Below, piece after piece: positions 26,542 to 39,300 of a stretch of 64,000 nt of DNA. Positions within the stretch are counted from its first letter, which is position 1; each line of letters opens with the position of its first letter. A model generated the notes under the pieces. The model saw only the letters and a list, made by a program, of their open reading frames with translations. It did not search any database and was not told where the DNA came from. Origin of the DNA: Ginglymostoma cirratum. Its lineage: Eukaryota. The position numbers were made by a program, and so were the translations under genes. The stretch covers positions 22,670,921-22,734,920 of the forward strand of contig JAHRHZ010000025.1 of the NCBI GenBank assembly GCA_024137785.1, read 5' to 3'.

Positions 26542-28840
26542 CCAAAACAGTTCAGCAGCTACCCACGTACTAGATAAGAACATAGATAATGGTCACTACA
26601 AGCCAGAACAGGGTACAATTTGTGAAGAAAGAAATCTATTTGTAATTTTCCATTCATTCCAGAGGAAACAACTATTTTCACTGTCTCGCATCCAACTGCA
26701 GCTAACATGCTAATGGCTGAAATACGTTAGCTGATCTGTTCTTTAAAAAACAAAAAAATCCACATTGAAACCACATTACAACATCCAAGTACTATGTTTT
26801 TATTTCATTTATCGTGTAAGAACAGCAAAAACCCCAATGAGGAATTACTGAGTAATCATATCAGTTGCCAGCTGGAATGCATGTAACACTCATTGAAGAT
26901 TGAATTGAAACCTGACCAGATATGAGGCCTGGGCCCACTCTTAAGTCACCAGGCCGTGAGAATAAGATCAATCCCCGGCAGCAGCTGTTAGCTGTGAGGT
27001 TCTTAGATAAACTAACACATTTCTGATTTCTCCGTCTTTAATGTAACTGCACCAATAAGTAACGAGGGGGTATAAAACTGTTAGCTGTACAAACAAATGG
27101 AAGATCAACAAGCCAACGGAGAAATAATCTGCTCAAATTGAAGCTCTAGAGTTACTTAAAAAAGGTGTTAATGAGAATTGGCAGAGGACCTTTGCTTAAG
27201 AGCACTATTCGTTCTATGTTGGACAGTAGCATTGGTAACAGAGAATGAAAATGTCTGCTTTTCAAATAAATAAAAGGATCAGCATTTTGATGAGAAGTTG
27301 ATTTAAGTTTTGGGCTCTTAATATGAGTGATTCAAGCTGTCACTATGCCAAAATGATGAGGGTCTACTGTCAACATTAAATGTGCTTTACCCAATAGGAT
27401 CCTAGCTTCTTCTGTAAAAAGTATACATCGTTGTGAAAATTCACAAAGATTTCAGATGACTGAGAGGTTTGAATATTTACTGCTGCATTGCGTCACGTTT
27501 TTCACAAACCCTGAAAGGACTGATCCACTTGCTCCTATGTTGTACTGTGTGTCATATGAGAGGTTTCAAGTCCTCACAAGCTGCATGCAAACATGTAATG
27601 CTGTTTCCCTGGACAGGGGAAGCCAATGTGTTGGATTATTTAGTTGACATAGCAACAACAACTGACAAAGAAACTTTCAATGAGATAGACAGTATTACTC
27701 ATCCTCACAAAATCCATTTAAGAACTGGAACAAGATAGCCTAGGAGGGCCCACATGGAGTAAACTCATCTGTGATATCAAAACCAAGTGCTCTGCATAAA
27801 ACAGGTGGCAAATCTACTTGATAAATTGGTATACCGAGAACATGATTGGTTGGACAAATGCTGCTGTTCCACAGAAGCATTAGAAACCACATCTTATGCT
27901 GATCACAACAACTCTGGTTAAACCTGGGGGGCAGCACTTAATCCACTATTTGAGGTCCTGAAACTAGCTGTTAGTTTGGCTCTGCTCTAGGTTTGGCTTC
28001 ACCATTGTGGACATGTGACTGCAAACGATGGAATTGTTTGTTATCATTTAATTATCTACATTTCTGTCATCTCCATGACTCACCTACAACATCTTAAAAT
28101 GAATTAATAATTGGAAAGTACTTAAAAATCTCTCATCAGAGCTATACTCCATAGCATTTCAGACTGGACCCATGAATTTTAATCAAGGTCATTTTTCTTT
28201 AATGTAATGGCTACCTGTAGTTAATATCACCACTTTTTAACTTTATTACCTACCTACTCTGTAAACTTGAATCCACCCTCTGAAGCAGTGTTAAATTGGA
28301 ATTATGCTACAATTCTATTTTTCACATTTGGTCAGAACATTGACCAGGGAGGAAATGGTATCTCTGCAAGTTTGCACCATCACAAAAACAGTTCATTTAC
28401 CACTGAACTATTGGGAATGGGGTGGGGGATGGGAAAGACCCGGAGCTGCACATTTTAAAGCTTCACTCTGTAATCTACAATTACTACTCTCAAACCTACA
28501 AATCAAACAACTGTATAAAGTTATTTTGAAGTGTACACAATTAGTAGTACAAAGTTTTAAAACAAGAAAGCTCCCAGTGGGTAAAAGAATGACATTTTTG
28601 AAAGTGGTGCAACCAAGTTAGATAACGAATTGCGCTTATTTCTAACATGGAACCTAAAACAAGATGTATTTTGTCTCCAATCCGTGCCTCTGCAACTTTG
28701 CCACATGATACAGAAATATCAGGCACATCTGACTTCTTAGCATCGTTAAATAGATCCTTAGGACATGATGTTGTTAATGGCAGAAAAATCATTTAAATGA
28801 TTTGCTTAAATTTGAGGTGGTCACAACTTGTAATAACAAA

Positions 28841-28913
28841 GGATAATAGGTCGGCACAATATCGTGGGCCGAAGGGCCTGTACTGTGCTGTACTGTCCTA
28901 TGTTCTATGTTCT
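28841..28913 (+). mobile_element. Very short 5'-truncated CR1 3' tail
   Basis: ggtcggcacaatatcgtgggccgaagggcctgtactgtgctgtactgtcctatgttctatgttct with CpGs retained. Confidence 0.8.
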
Positions 28914-31900
28914 TAAAGCAAAGTCATAATACATGAGGTATTGTACTACTGGCAGAGCTTACTGCACCTGTGAATTCACTTAAATTCCCCTCCCAGCATG
29001 CAAGATGTCTTCAGCAGCACACAGGTCTTAGCACAGTTTGTCAGTGCAGTTTATTTAGATGTGTCACTAATCTATCTGCAGCCAGGATTTGCACTCATTT
29101 AAAAGTGTTTCTTTACGTGAGGAATCATAGGGTAAAAGTGTAACCTGAAATAACTGTTCCTTCCCGGTGAAGTCAGGGTCAGCATTGAGCTCCAATAATC
29201 ATGCTTGAGATCAAGTTGTTATGTGCCAGTAGGCATTTGGTGGATTAGTCCATCTTTTGCAGTAATGCCACCAATAGGCTTATGTTAAGTTACTTACAGT
29301 CTAGATTTACTGTAAAAATGCCCATTTCAGTTAGTATGTTCAAGCTAATGTTAAGAATAATTTCAAAATGAGTACTTATTAATCCTGACCCCACTGATCA
29401 TCGTGACAACATCTTTCTACACATGTAAAACCAGGCCAAGGGAGACAAACCAATAGTGTTGGAAACATAACCATGTAACCCAACATGTGCTACCTCTGCA
29501 ACAGACTGTAGAAATTTGTCGACATGCCTTGGAAACTATAATAGCAATTTAACAAAAAACATAGATATTAATTTCCAAAAAAATGCATTTATAAAAATTA
29601 TATTTGTAAAAGTACACATATATTAATCGCCACCACCCTCCTCTGATTAATGTCAGAATAAAAGATTTTGTTTTATTGTGGAAAGCTGAGATTCTGTTCC
29701 AATGCAGCTAATAAGATTTTAAGAAGGGTCTTCTAAATAACCAATGCCACTGCTTAAAATAACTCACTTGTTTTGTTTACATAGTAACAGATGGATGACA
29801 AAATTGATTTTTTTTTTATTTTTCTTGGCGGGATTCAAGACCATCTACCAGGGCAGCAGTTTAGTGCAAAGTAAGTGCCATGAGTATATTAGCAAATCAC
29901 AATTAACATGAGCTTGGATGAAAATAAAATGCTGAGAAATGAAATTACTTGCTGAATAAGAAACAAAAGACTACTTCATACATCAACTGTAAATGCCAAA
30001 ATAAAGACAGGGTTTTCTTCATAGCAGGATGTTCTACTGCACCTTATGTTTCCTATACAATCTAAATTTCCACTTGCCTTCTCCTTGATTCATATACTTT
30101 TTAATGGAAAATGTGCGGTTTGGTATCCATCGCCAAACCATGAACATTTCGTTTAGCATCCACTTGAATGTGTGCAGCTACATTCAGCTGGTGAAGCAAT
30201 TGGTGAATAGTTTTGACACCTGACAACAGCCATTGCCAGTATATTACAATCATGGTATCTCTGGCATTTATCATCAAAGCTAGCATTCAGTATTGGTATA
30301 TCCCAGGATTGCTATGGTGCTTTTATATTTGTATTTATATTTATATTTCCATCTTGATGTTGTTTTGAAGCTTTTTCTCATGATCTCAAGAATATCAATT
30401 CCAGGATACTGAACTGAAGGGTAGGGTTGGTTAATGTGTGCTGCAAGGTAATTGTTCCCAGCACAACAATAGCAGACGAGTTAAATTTGACTTGTGTGCT
30501 CTGGTTAAGATGGGAACTCAATATTGGTTTCTATTCCTTGCTATCCAACTATGATTATAGATTATTAAGGGCAGAATTGGAATTTTTATGATTCATCCTA
30601 CAGTTGGAAAATGACAGGGTATTTGCTGGGTGGAATTGACGAAGCAGCAGGAAGCCACCATGGTCTGACAGAATCAAACATTCTTCAGGAACTAAAATAG
30701 CCATTCTTGGGTCCTGGCCACGAATGAAGATCCCAGAAGACCAAGTCCCACCCATCAGCTAATCAGAGGGCAGCAGCTCCTTTCTTTCCCAGTGCAGTGC
30801 CATGACACACCAAACCAAAGAAGAGTGAAGGCAGGATGGAAGTTGTGGGGCAATAGTGAGGGGAGGACTTTCAGCAGGGAAGCCAGGGGTTTTAGTAAAA
30901 AAGGGCTGCTTCCCTGCCTGAACCTGGGTCCCTCAATTCAGCACAAGGTGTCTGACTATGAAGCACCTTCTTGAGAGACCATTGACAAACCCGAAAGGGT
31001 TCACTGGGCTATGTTCTGAGGAAATGGGAAAGTGCTCAGTCCCGAAGTAATCTATAATTCACTTTTAACTGTCTTGGGGGAATGGGTGTCAATTGTCTCA
31101 TTAATGAGCCACGTGGACAAAGCAATATTTGCACCTGGGAATCTTTTCTTTCGATCCAGCTTGGAGGAGGGTGGAGGAAATGTTCCACCATTGAAGTGGT
31201 GCCTCTCCCAAAATGAAGGGAGCACAGTACCATGCTCTGTAACAAGATGGGCTGCCTTTGGTCCATCTAATTGTTAACTTTGGTCAGGTCACAGGAAAAA
31301 AAGAATTATCACTTAGACGAGGTAGTCGAGTGTGCTTGATATTGGTTAGTGCACAAGCCTGTCAACAAATATGATAATGTCTGGAAAAACCCTTTCTCAA
31401 GAAGATTTACTCTTTTAAATAATTTAATTTTTTGATGATATATCTTGGAGTGTTGATCTGCTGGCCACTGATCAATTGCCAGTCTTGACAGATACTGAAA
31501 TACACATGCTCTCATTGGGTGCATTGTGGTAATGGTTGCCTGGCTCACTCAACAGAAAACTAAAGGAGTGGACAAGATTGAGTCTGAGACTATCCTGCCT
31601 TGCTTCAGCAGAAGAAGGATACACATTTCAATAACTAAACGTAATGGTCCTGCTGCCTGTGACTCATTTGATTTTAACCGAGTTTGCTGCTTCGAACAAT
31701 CCACAGTTACAGGACATTAGGCCATAACTGATAACAGCATGAAATTCTTTACTCATTAGTAGAACATTCATTTACCTGTTTTATTATACAGTGTAATGTA
31801 ATTTGTGAGCAGATCCAGAAGTGTCCCTTAAGAGAAACAAACCATTAAGAAAAGAAGTATTTTTTCTCTGTTCTATAAAGTATGAGTTAATGATGCAGCA

Positions 31901-34900
31901 GACAGGAGGGGAACGGCCTAAGCGTCAACTATTCTCCAGTTTGTTTCACTGTTTTCAGAGTGAACATTCAGAGCTCTAAAGATATGTAAGAAATTCTAGA
32001 TTGCATGATATTGCAACTGTCCGCATGTAACTGTTTACCATTACCACCAATAAGGCTGACTAATAGCTCAAATCCAAGCTGCATATTGTAGTGTATATCC
32101 CCCATTAGAGAAGGCAGGGAAATCTCACATTAGATCCTAAAAGATGGTCAAGGTTATTTGCTTGACCCCTGGGCTTGATATATTTTCATCATATTACACG
32201 GAGCGCAGGTTGACTGGCTGGAGTTGGCTGTTACTTAAAACTAAATGGAATGTCTACTGTAAATATAACATTAGGAACATAGGTAGGATTTTGATTTGAA
32301 ATTTTGGTACAATTTGAAAATAGCTCAAAATGTAAAAAATAGTATTCTTTTCCCAACAGTCCGTGAATAAAGAGAACATGAGGCACCATGTATTACTGGG
32401 ACTTGACTTGTTATGCAAAACGTCAATGATATTTCTGTTCCATTTCACCAGTGCAAAATTCTATCAATCATTGTAACCAAGATATCGTCTAGAGCTGCAG
32501 GGCTGACAAGACGCTTGAGCAGGAAGGAGAGGCTAGCCTTCGAGTCTCCCATTCAGTTTCCCCCATCGTTCTCCAGCAGGAAGACGATAGCTTTTCATCT
32601 GCAGCACAAACACATCACAATAGCTTTTCATCTGCATTGGTTGTGCCACGGTCAACACTTATCAGCGGGTCACTAAGATAACTTCCAATAGTCCTCTACA
32701 GTGAAGGCTACACAGATATACTTGTTTTAAAAAAATGGCTGCGAATTTGTTGTTCAACTAATGTTATACTTCAATTGCAACTATTTCTCATAAAGACACA
32801 TAGTCTGCAAAAAAAAGTGAAATCCATATCCAGAACTTCATTGTTAACATGGTTAGGGTGTGACTTAGCAGACTAGAAGCTGAACCTCAAAGTGGAATGT
32901 CATATTTTATACAGCACCGACAGGTTAAACTATAAAGGAGCTGGGGGAGAGCTCAGTTCAGATGTAATGCAGTCCGAGTATTTATAGAATGATGCAATCG
33001 GTATAGAGTGCAGCTTCTGTGCTGGTGGTAAGTTCACAATGCTAAAGCACTTGTTATCTCTCCATTGCTATAAATAAATTTAACATAAGTTTGAATGTAA
33101 TACACATTAATAATGGCCACCAGGTTAACAAACACATTCACTTAAGGACGCATCATCTACCTGGAAAAATGTTTTGCAATTACTTTTGGAATGATTTCCA
33201 AATAATATGATTTAAGTTGTTTGAAAACATTTTTATTTTACATTTTAATGCCATTTCAACAATACAAGTTAAATTCTGATCCAACACCTGTCCTTTTTTG
33301 AATCCTTTCCCAATGGCCAGTGTTCCAAACATTTCTCTTAGGTGAAACAGCAATTTACTTTGTTACTAATGAAACAGTCATTTGTACATTGAAGAGACCA
33401 AATGCAAATTGGGAGATAACTTTCTGGACAGCGCTGTTCAGTCCATAAAAACAACCAAACTCCCAGTTGCATGTTATTTCAATTCTCTTTCCTGCTTCCA
33501 TTCTGAGATTGAACTCTGACACTGTTGCATGGAAGCTCAATGGCATCTCTCATCATTCACTTTACAGCCTTCTGGACTCAGCATCGAGTTCAACAACTCA
33601 AATTCTAGACACTTCTGCCATGGTTTGGGCACCAGTTCCTGGTAATGATTCTGCTTCTGTCATTTTTAGCTCCTCTGTGCAGTTTTTTAAATTCATTTTT
33701 CTGTCTCGTTAATAAATGTATTTGTGTTGTGCACTCATCCCATTTATCATTAAATCATATGTCTGCCCTAATACAAACCTCCCCTTTTACTCTTTACTCC
33801 ACCCTCTTCCCTACCTCCATAGTTCCTTAAAAACTTGTTACATATCTAATATCTTTTCAGTTCTGATGGAAATTCATTGAATTGAAATAACAACTCTGCT
33901 TCTTTCTCCGTAGGTGCGGGTTATCTCTAGCATTTGTCTTTATAGTCTACCCAGATGCATTATCATGCTTCTATGTTTAAATAATTGTACGTGGACTTCA
34001 ATGTTCTTTTGCAGTTCCAAATGTTGCATAGTGTTATTGTTTCTCTGAAACTGCATTAAGAGATGGAAAGAGAAAAAGTACAGAATTTCGGTCAGAGCAG
34101 CATATATTCTGTTGTTTATTAGGCACTGGCACTAGCTCAAAGCTCTCCATGTCCTCACGGAGCTGACCAATGTTAACATATAACTCAGTATAGAAATACT
34201 AAGGTTCCAAATTAAAACCTCTGGGCTTGGAGTCACCAATTGGTAAATATTTTGTAATAGTGATGGGAAGGGTAAACTTGCCTAAATTCTTTTATTTTGG
34301 AGGAAGAAGTGTCATTTGATTGTGTGCTCTCTGAAGGATTGGAGCTGATTAAAATCTGCTGAGCTCAATAAATACATTTTTTCACAAATGAATCCAACAT
34401 TTAATCATTGTGCAACACTGCTTGAATTTTTGACATCAATTGCAAAACATAAATGACTATTTCCTTGAACATTTGTTCGTATCAAAATCCCCTTAATTTG
34501 AAAGGGCTTTGGCTGTTCAAGGTAACTTTAATATGGTCAATATGTGACAGTAACATCAGGTCAACACACAACATTGTTGTTGAAGTGAGATGTTAACAAA
34601 CTCTTGATTCTGATAGCCGAAGCCCCGATCTCAATGCATGCAACACTTTGTTATGGAAATTTCTGTGTCAGATGGTGTGTTATTCAACTTCAGTTTGTTT
34701 CTGGTTACTTTAAGACATGTTTGGAGAGAGAGCGGTCAACCATGCAGATGGCTTTAGTACCTAAGAACTAGCAGCCCGCAACCTCAGGCTAGGGAACATA
34801 AATTCAAATCCATGGCAGATGGTGAAAAATAACCTGGAATTAAAACTTAGTCTATGACAACCATGTAACTACTGTTCAACATTGTAATATAAAAAAAAAC

Positions 34901-34910
34901 TGGTTCACTA

Positions 34911-35014
34911 CTGATTTTTTTCTGATGAAGGGTTTAGGCCCGAAACATCGAGTTTTCCTGCTCCTATGATGCTGCTTGACCTGCTGTGTTCATCCAGCCC
35001 CATGCTTGTTATCT
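34911..35014 (+). mobile_element. Short Penelope terminus insertion inside a SINE
   Basis: Flanked by the direct repeat ctggttcacta (34900-34910 and 35015-35025); contains CTGATGA-agggt-ttag-gccc-GAAAC-ATC. Confidence 0.85.
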
Positions 35015-35243
35015 CTGGTTCACTAATGCTCTTTAGGGAAGGAAATCTTCCCATATTGTCTGGTCTGGCCTACATGTCACTCCAGACCCACAGCAATATG
35101 GTTGACTCTTGCATCAGCCGTAAATTTGGCCTAACCAGTGACACCTACATCCTGGGAATAAACTTCTTTTAAAAAAAAACCTTGCGGGTTTTGTTGCCTT
35201 GCTGTGACAGCCTTCCACCTTAATACACCATATGCTGAATATA

Positions 35244-35485
35244 GGGGATAACAAGCATGGGGCTGGATGAACACAGCAGGTCAAGCAGCATCATAGGAGC
35301 AGGAAAACTTGACGTTTCGGGCCTTTTTTGATGAAGGGTTTCTGATGAAACATTTCTGATGAAGGGTTTAGGCCCGAAACGTCAAGTTTTCCTGCTCCTA
35401 TGATGCTGCTTGACCTGCTGTGTTCATCCAGCCCCATGCTTTTTTTCCCCGGATTCTCCAGCATCTGCAGTACCTTTTATCTCTG
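35244..35485. mobile_element. Penelope inverted-terminus insertion with hammerhead motif
   Basis: 14-bp TSD atatgctgaatata (35230-35243 and 35486-35499); an inverted arm followed by a forward terminus with CTGATGA...GAAAC GTC at about 35356-35383. Confidence 0.88.
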
Positions 35486-36519
35486 ATATGCTGAATATAA
35501 TTTATTCAAATTGCCAGCTTTAGTGAAAAAATAGGCGTGAAAGTAGAGGGGAAAACAATTCTTTCCAATGAAAGGAAAATATATCCAACTCTAATTTCAT
35601 CCATCATCCATCAGGAAAATACTTCATTTAAAACAAGAGGACTTGTATTAACTAATTCCTTACCTTATCTTCAGGATGTCTCAAAATTCTTAAATTTCAA
35701 TTATTTCAAACATGAATTAGTGACTTCTGATGAACTACAGAGGCATTTGTTTCCTTTATAATGTACAGGATTGAAAAAATTACAGGTAAATGTTTGTTTT
35801 TATTATGTTCACTGTAAAGTGTTGAAATGATGAACAAGATAGAATATAAGAACTAGGTGGTAGGTAACAAGTTATGTCTTAAAATATGAAATTAAAGATA
35901 AGAGAACTTTAGTACAGCAAGATATCTTTTGGTCCATCAGGTTTGCAGCAATGGTGGCTCTTCAGCTAGAGTTTTCCAATCTTAACTTCCATCCTTCATT
36001 TTTAAATACCTAAACAATGATCTCAAGGGACTATTGGATCATTTCCACAATAACCCTTCTAAATTTGAAACATGCTCTGATTTACAAATGTTATTCTTCT
36101 AATGTTAATTCTGCAGTGATCATCCCTTATTAACAAATTAATAATCCATGGAAACAATTGCTGGTGATGAACTTTTCAAAGTAACTTTAAATGTCAAAAA
36201 CTTAAACTGAATCTTTCTCTGTCAAATGGGGCTGCATGCCGATTTTCAGAGAAAATCAATTTGCTATTTGAATTTTGGATTCACATTCTCTTGAGATTAT
36301 TAATCTAGAGAACTATTTTCTCAATACCTTTCTCTATAACTTTGCATTTTTATTGTAGTGCACGTTGCTGGAAGGGACTGACACCAGGGTAACTACACTT
36401 TGATTTTCAGCTCGTAAGCTCCTTTCCATTATTGGGCATTTACTGAAACTTGTCTCTGAAGTAATTGATCGAACAATAAGTAACACATTTAAAAGGTTCC
36501 ACTGGCTGGTATCCCTTCT

Positions 36520-37548
36520 AAAGTCTGGAGATTTTTTGAAGAGGCTACAGAAAGGCTTGATGAAGATAACAGTGTTGATGTGGTATATATGGATTTCCAG
36601 AAAGCAGTTGAGACAGTATCACTCAACAGGCTTGAGTAAAGCTATAGGTCATAGGATAAAACGAACAGCAGCAACGTAGATTCAAAGTTGACTGACTGAC
36701 AAGAAGGAGAGCAATGGTTCATATATATTTTGAGCTAGAGGGACATTTGCAGTGGAGTTCCACTGGGGTCAGTATTGGGGCCTTTGCTTTCCCAGATATA
36801 TTTCAATGATCTGGATCTTGGAGTGCAGGGGAAAATGTCAAACTTTGCAGATGACACAAAACTTGAAAGAATTGTAAACTTTGTGGAGGAGAGTGAGGAA
36901 CTCCAAAATGGAGGATTGGGCGGATAGGTAGCAGATGAGATTCAATGCAGAAATGATGTGTTTGGAACATTGAAAGACAATATAAAATGGGCGGTGCTAT
37001 TGTAAAGGAGGTGGAGGAATAGAGGGAACTGAGTGTATATGTACAGAGTTCTGAGGAAGAATCACCGAACGCGAAATGTTAACTCTGTTTTTCTCCTTCA
37101 CAGATGCTGCCAGACTTGCTGGGCCTTTCCAGCAACTTTGTTTTTGTTCCTGATTTACAGCATCTGCAGTTCTGTCGGTTTTTATTTGGTATATGTACAG
37201 AGATCATTGAAGGAGGTTAGACAGGTGGAAGAACAGTTAGTAAAGCATAGTGTTCTCAGCTTTATTAATAGGACATAGAATACAAGAGCAAGGTGACGTG
37301 GAACTTGCATATAACACTTGTTAGACCTCACATGGAGTATTGGATACAAGTGTAGGTGCCACATTAAAGATATGAACGGATTGCAGAGATTGCAGAAGTG
37401 ATTTACAAGAATGGTTCCAGAAATGAGAAAGTTCAGTTATGCGCATAGATTAAGAAAGTTGGTATTGTTCGCCTTGGAGACAAAGCACCTGAGTGGAAAG
37501 TTGATAGGGTTTTTCAAAATCATGAGTGAACTGGACAGAGTAGATAGC
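36520..37548 (+). mobile_element. CR1 LINE RT fragment interrupted by a Penelope terminus (37049-37188)
   Basis: VDVVYMDFQKA, SGVPLGSVLGPLLF, FADDTKL and LVRPHMEY motifs; the inner insertion is flanked by the TSD gtatatgtacagag (37035-37048 and 37189-37202). Confidence 0.9.
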
Positions 37549-37549
37549 A

Positions 37550-39300
37550 TCTACAGACCAACATTTCTCAGGGCACATTGCTGGCATGGCTGCACTTCCT
37601 TGCACAAACAAAATATTCCTCCACCTATTGTCATTTAAGCAACAGGCCACGCAGCTTACCTGTCCTTAGCCACATCCCTCTCCAAGTCATTGTTACTCAT
37701 TCCCCAGTGCCCAGTGTAGCCCAGCACCTTCTCTTTGTTCAGTGTGGGAGGATTCATAGAGGAAAGTTTTCAACCAGTCATTTTCAACTGCAGCAGAAGC
37801 GAACTAATAAAAAGATGGAAGCTCCTTTTCCTACTCTGAACTGAAATGAACTATTAGCCTTTTGAACACCAACAATTTTACGATCGTTGCACACAGGTCT
37901 CATTTACAGGATCTATGTATCAATGAAGTCTTGTCTGTCCTGTAATGTCTGACACAGGGGCACTCTATCATGCAGAAGGTGGATGTTCCTCCTACTCAAC
38001 GTCCTCATTTTCCTTCTCCTCAGGTTGCTCTTCTCTTCTCCAGCTGTGTACAGAACAGCGTGCTAGGATTATGTGGCACACTCTGTCCAGAGTGTACTGA
38101 AAGATACAGCACCCCACCCCAGACTGATTCAACGATTGTAACTTCTTGAGGAGGCCTATCATCTGCTCCTCCAAAGCTGCTGGTTGAAGAGTGGCGCATT
38201 ACACCAACATGGCCTCAGTCACGGCACTGAGAGTCCCTTCTGTTGTTATATCCATCAGTTACATTGGCAATAGCTGTCGTGGGGAGCGTGAGAAACAGAA
38301 CAGGTCCTCAGTAATGAGAGTAATCAGCGTTCGCATCACTCACAAATAACAGTTTTCCATTATTCTCCACACAGTGGGACATGGACCACTCCAAGGAGGG
38401 CAATGGAATGCCTTGACATGGTACTTTGACATTGATCTTATTTCAATGAATGCAGTGCCAATTGTGTCACAGAGAGATGGTCGGAGATTACAAGTGCTGC
38501 ATGAGTACTGAGACTTTATGTTCCCAGTCCCATGTTCACCCAGCCTGATAATCAGCCTCCTCCCGAACCTCCTTAATGTCTCCCACTTGGCAGTCACTGG
38601 CCAGCCCATCACTACTAAACCCACCCATTCCCAGCCGTCACCTGCAATTACAGCTGGAATTCTCCTCTTTAGTCCCTGTGCCCTTTCCATACAGTTCCAT
38701 ACATGGGAGACCGTGGAGGAGGGGAGATGGTGGAGGAGGAAGGTATGTGGAGGAGGGGAGATGGTGGGAAGAAGAGTGGACAAACAGGAGGCTGAAAGAA
38801 CACAACAAGCCAGGCAGCATCTGGAGGAAAGGAGCAGTCAGCATTTCGGGTATTATGCCTCTTCAGAAGAATGGAAATAGTGGAGAGAAGAGTGGAAAAG
38901 GCGGGTGAAGAAGAATGGAGTTGCAGGCGGGAGAGTGGGAAAGGGTAGTTGGAGTGCAGTGTTGGAAGGAGAAGTGGGGGTAGGGTTCGGGTGGATAGAT
39001 TGGAGTGCAATTTGGGAGAAAGATTGGGGAATGTGAATGAATTGAGGTTGGGAGGCCCAAGAGTAAGCCCACCCAATCACCCCAAAAACATATCCATAAA
39101 AGAAAATGAGAAAGGATGAGAACGTTGACTGAAAGGAACACACTTCTGACATCTCCTGCTGTGAGAATTTTGCTGAGGCCACCTCGGAGTGTGCATCACC
39201 TGAAGTGAAGTGAGGTCCGTATTAGTTAAACCTAAGCCTTTATCCCAACATTTTTCCCCAGCTCCTTCACTGGCAATCTGGTCTGTGGGCCTTGTTCTTT
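37550..39300 (-). mobile_element. PIF/Harbinger transposon remnant
   Basis: ORF 37992-38174 EQMIGLLK...FQYTLDRVCHIILARCSVH matches the HARBI1-like C-terminus (EQTIGLLK.R...LQY.P.RVC.II.AC..LHN). Limits approximate; a Penelope terminus is nested at about 38785-38870. Confidence 0.65.

Noticed and set aside
35675-35785. Plus-strand AG/GT-bounded segment DVSKFLNFNYFKHEL
   Set aside because: Internal TAA, no partner exons, and it overlaps a minus-strand candidate with a stronger donor.
38340-39182. Stack of overlapping ORFs of 68-147 aa
   Set aside because: Purine-rich low-complexity TE sequence that is poor in stop codons.
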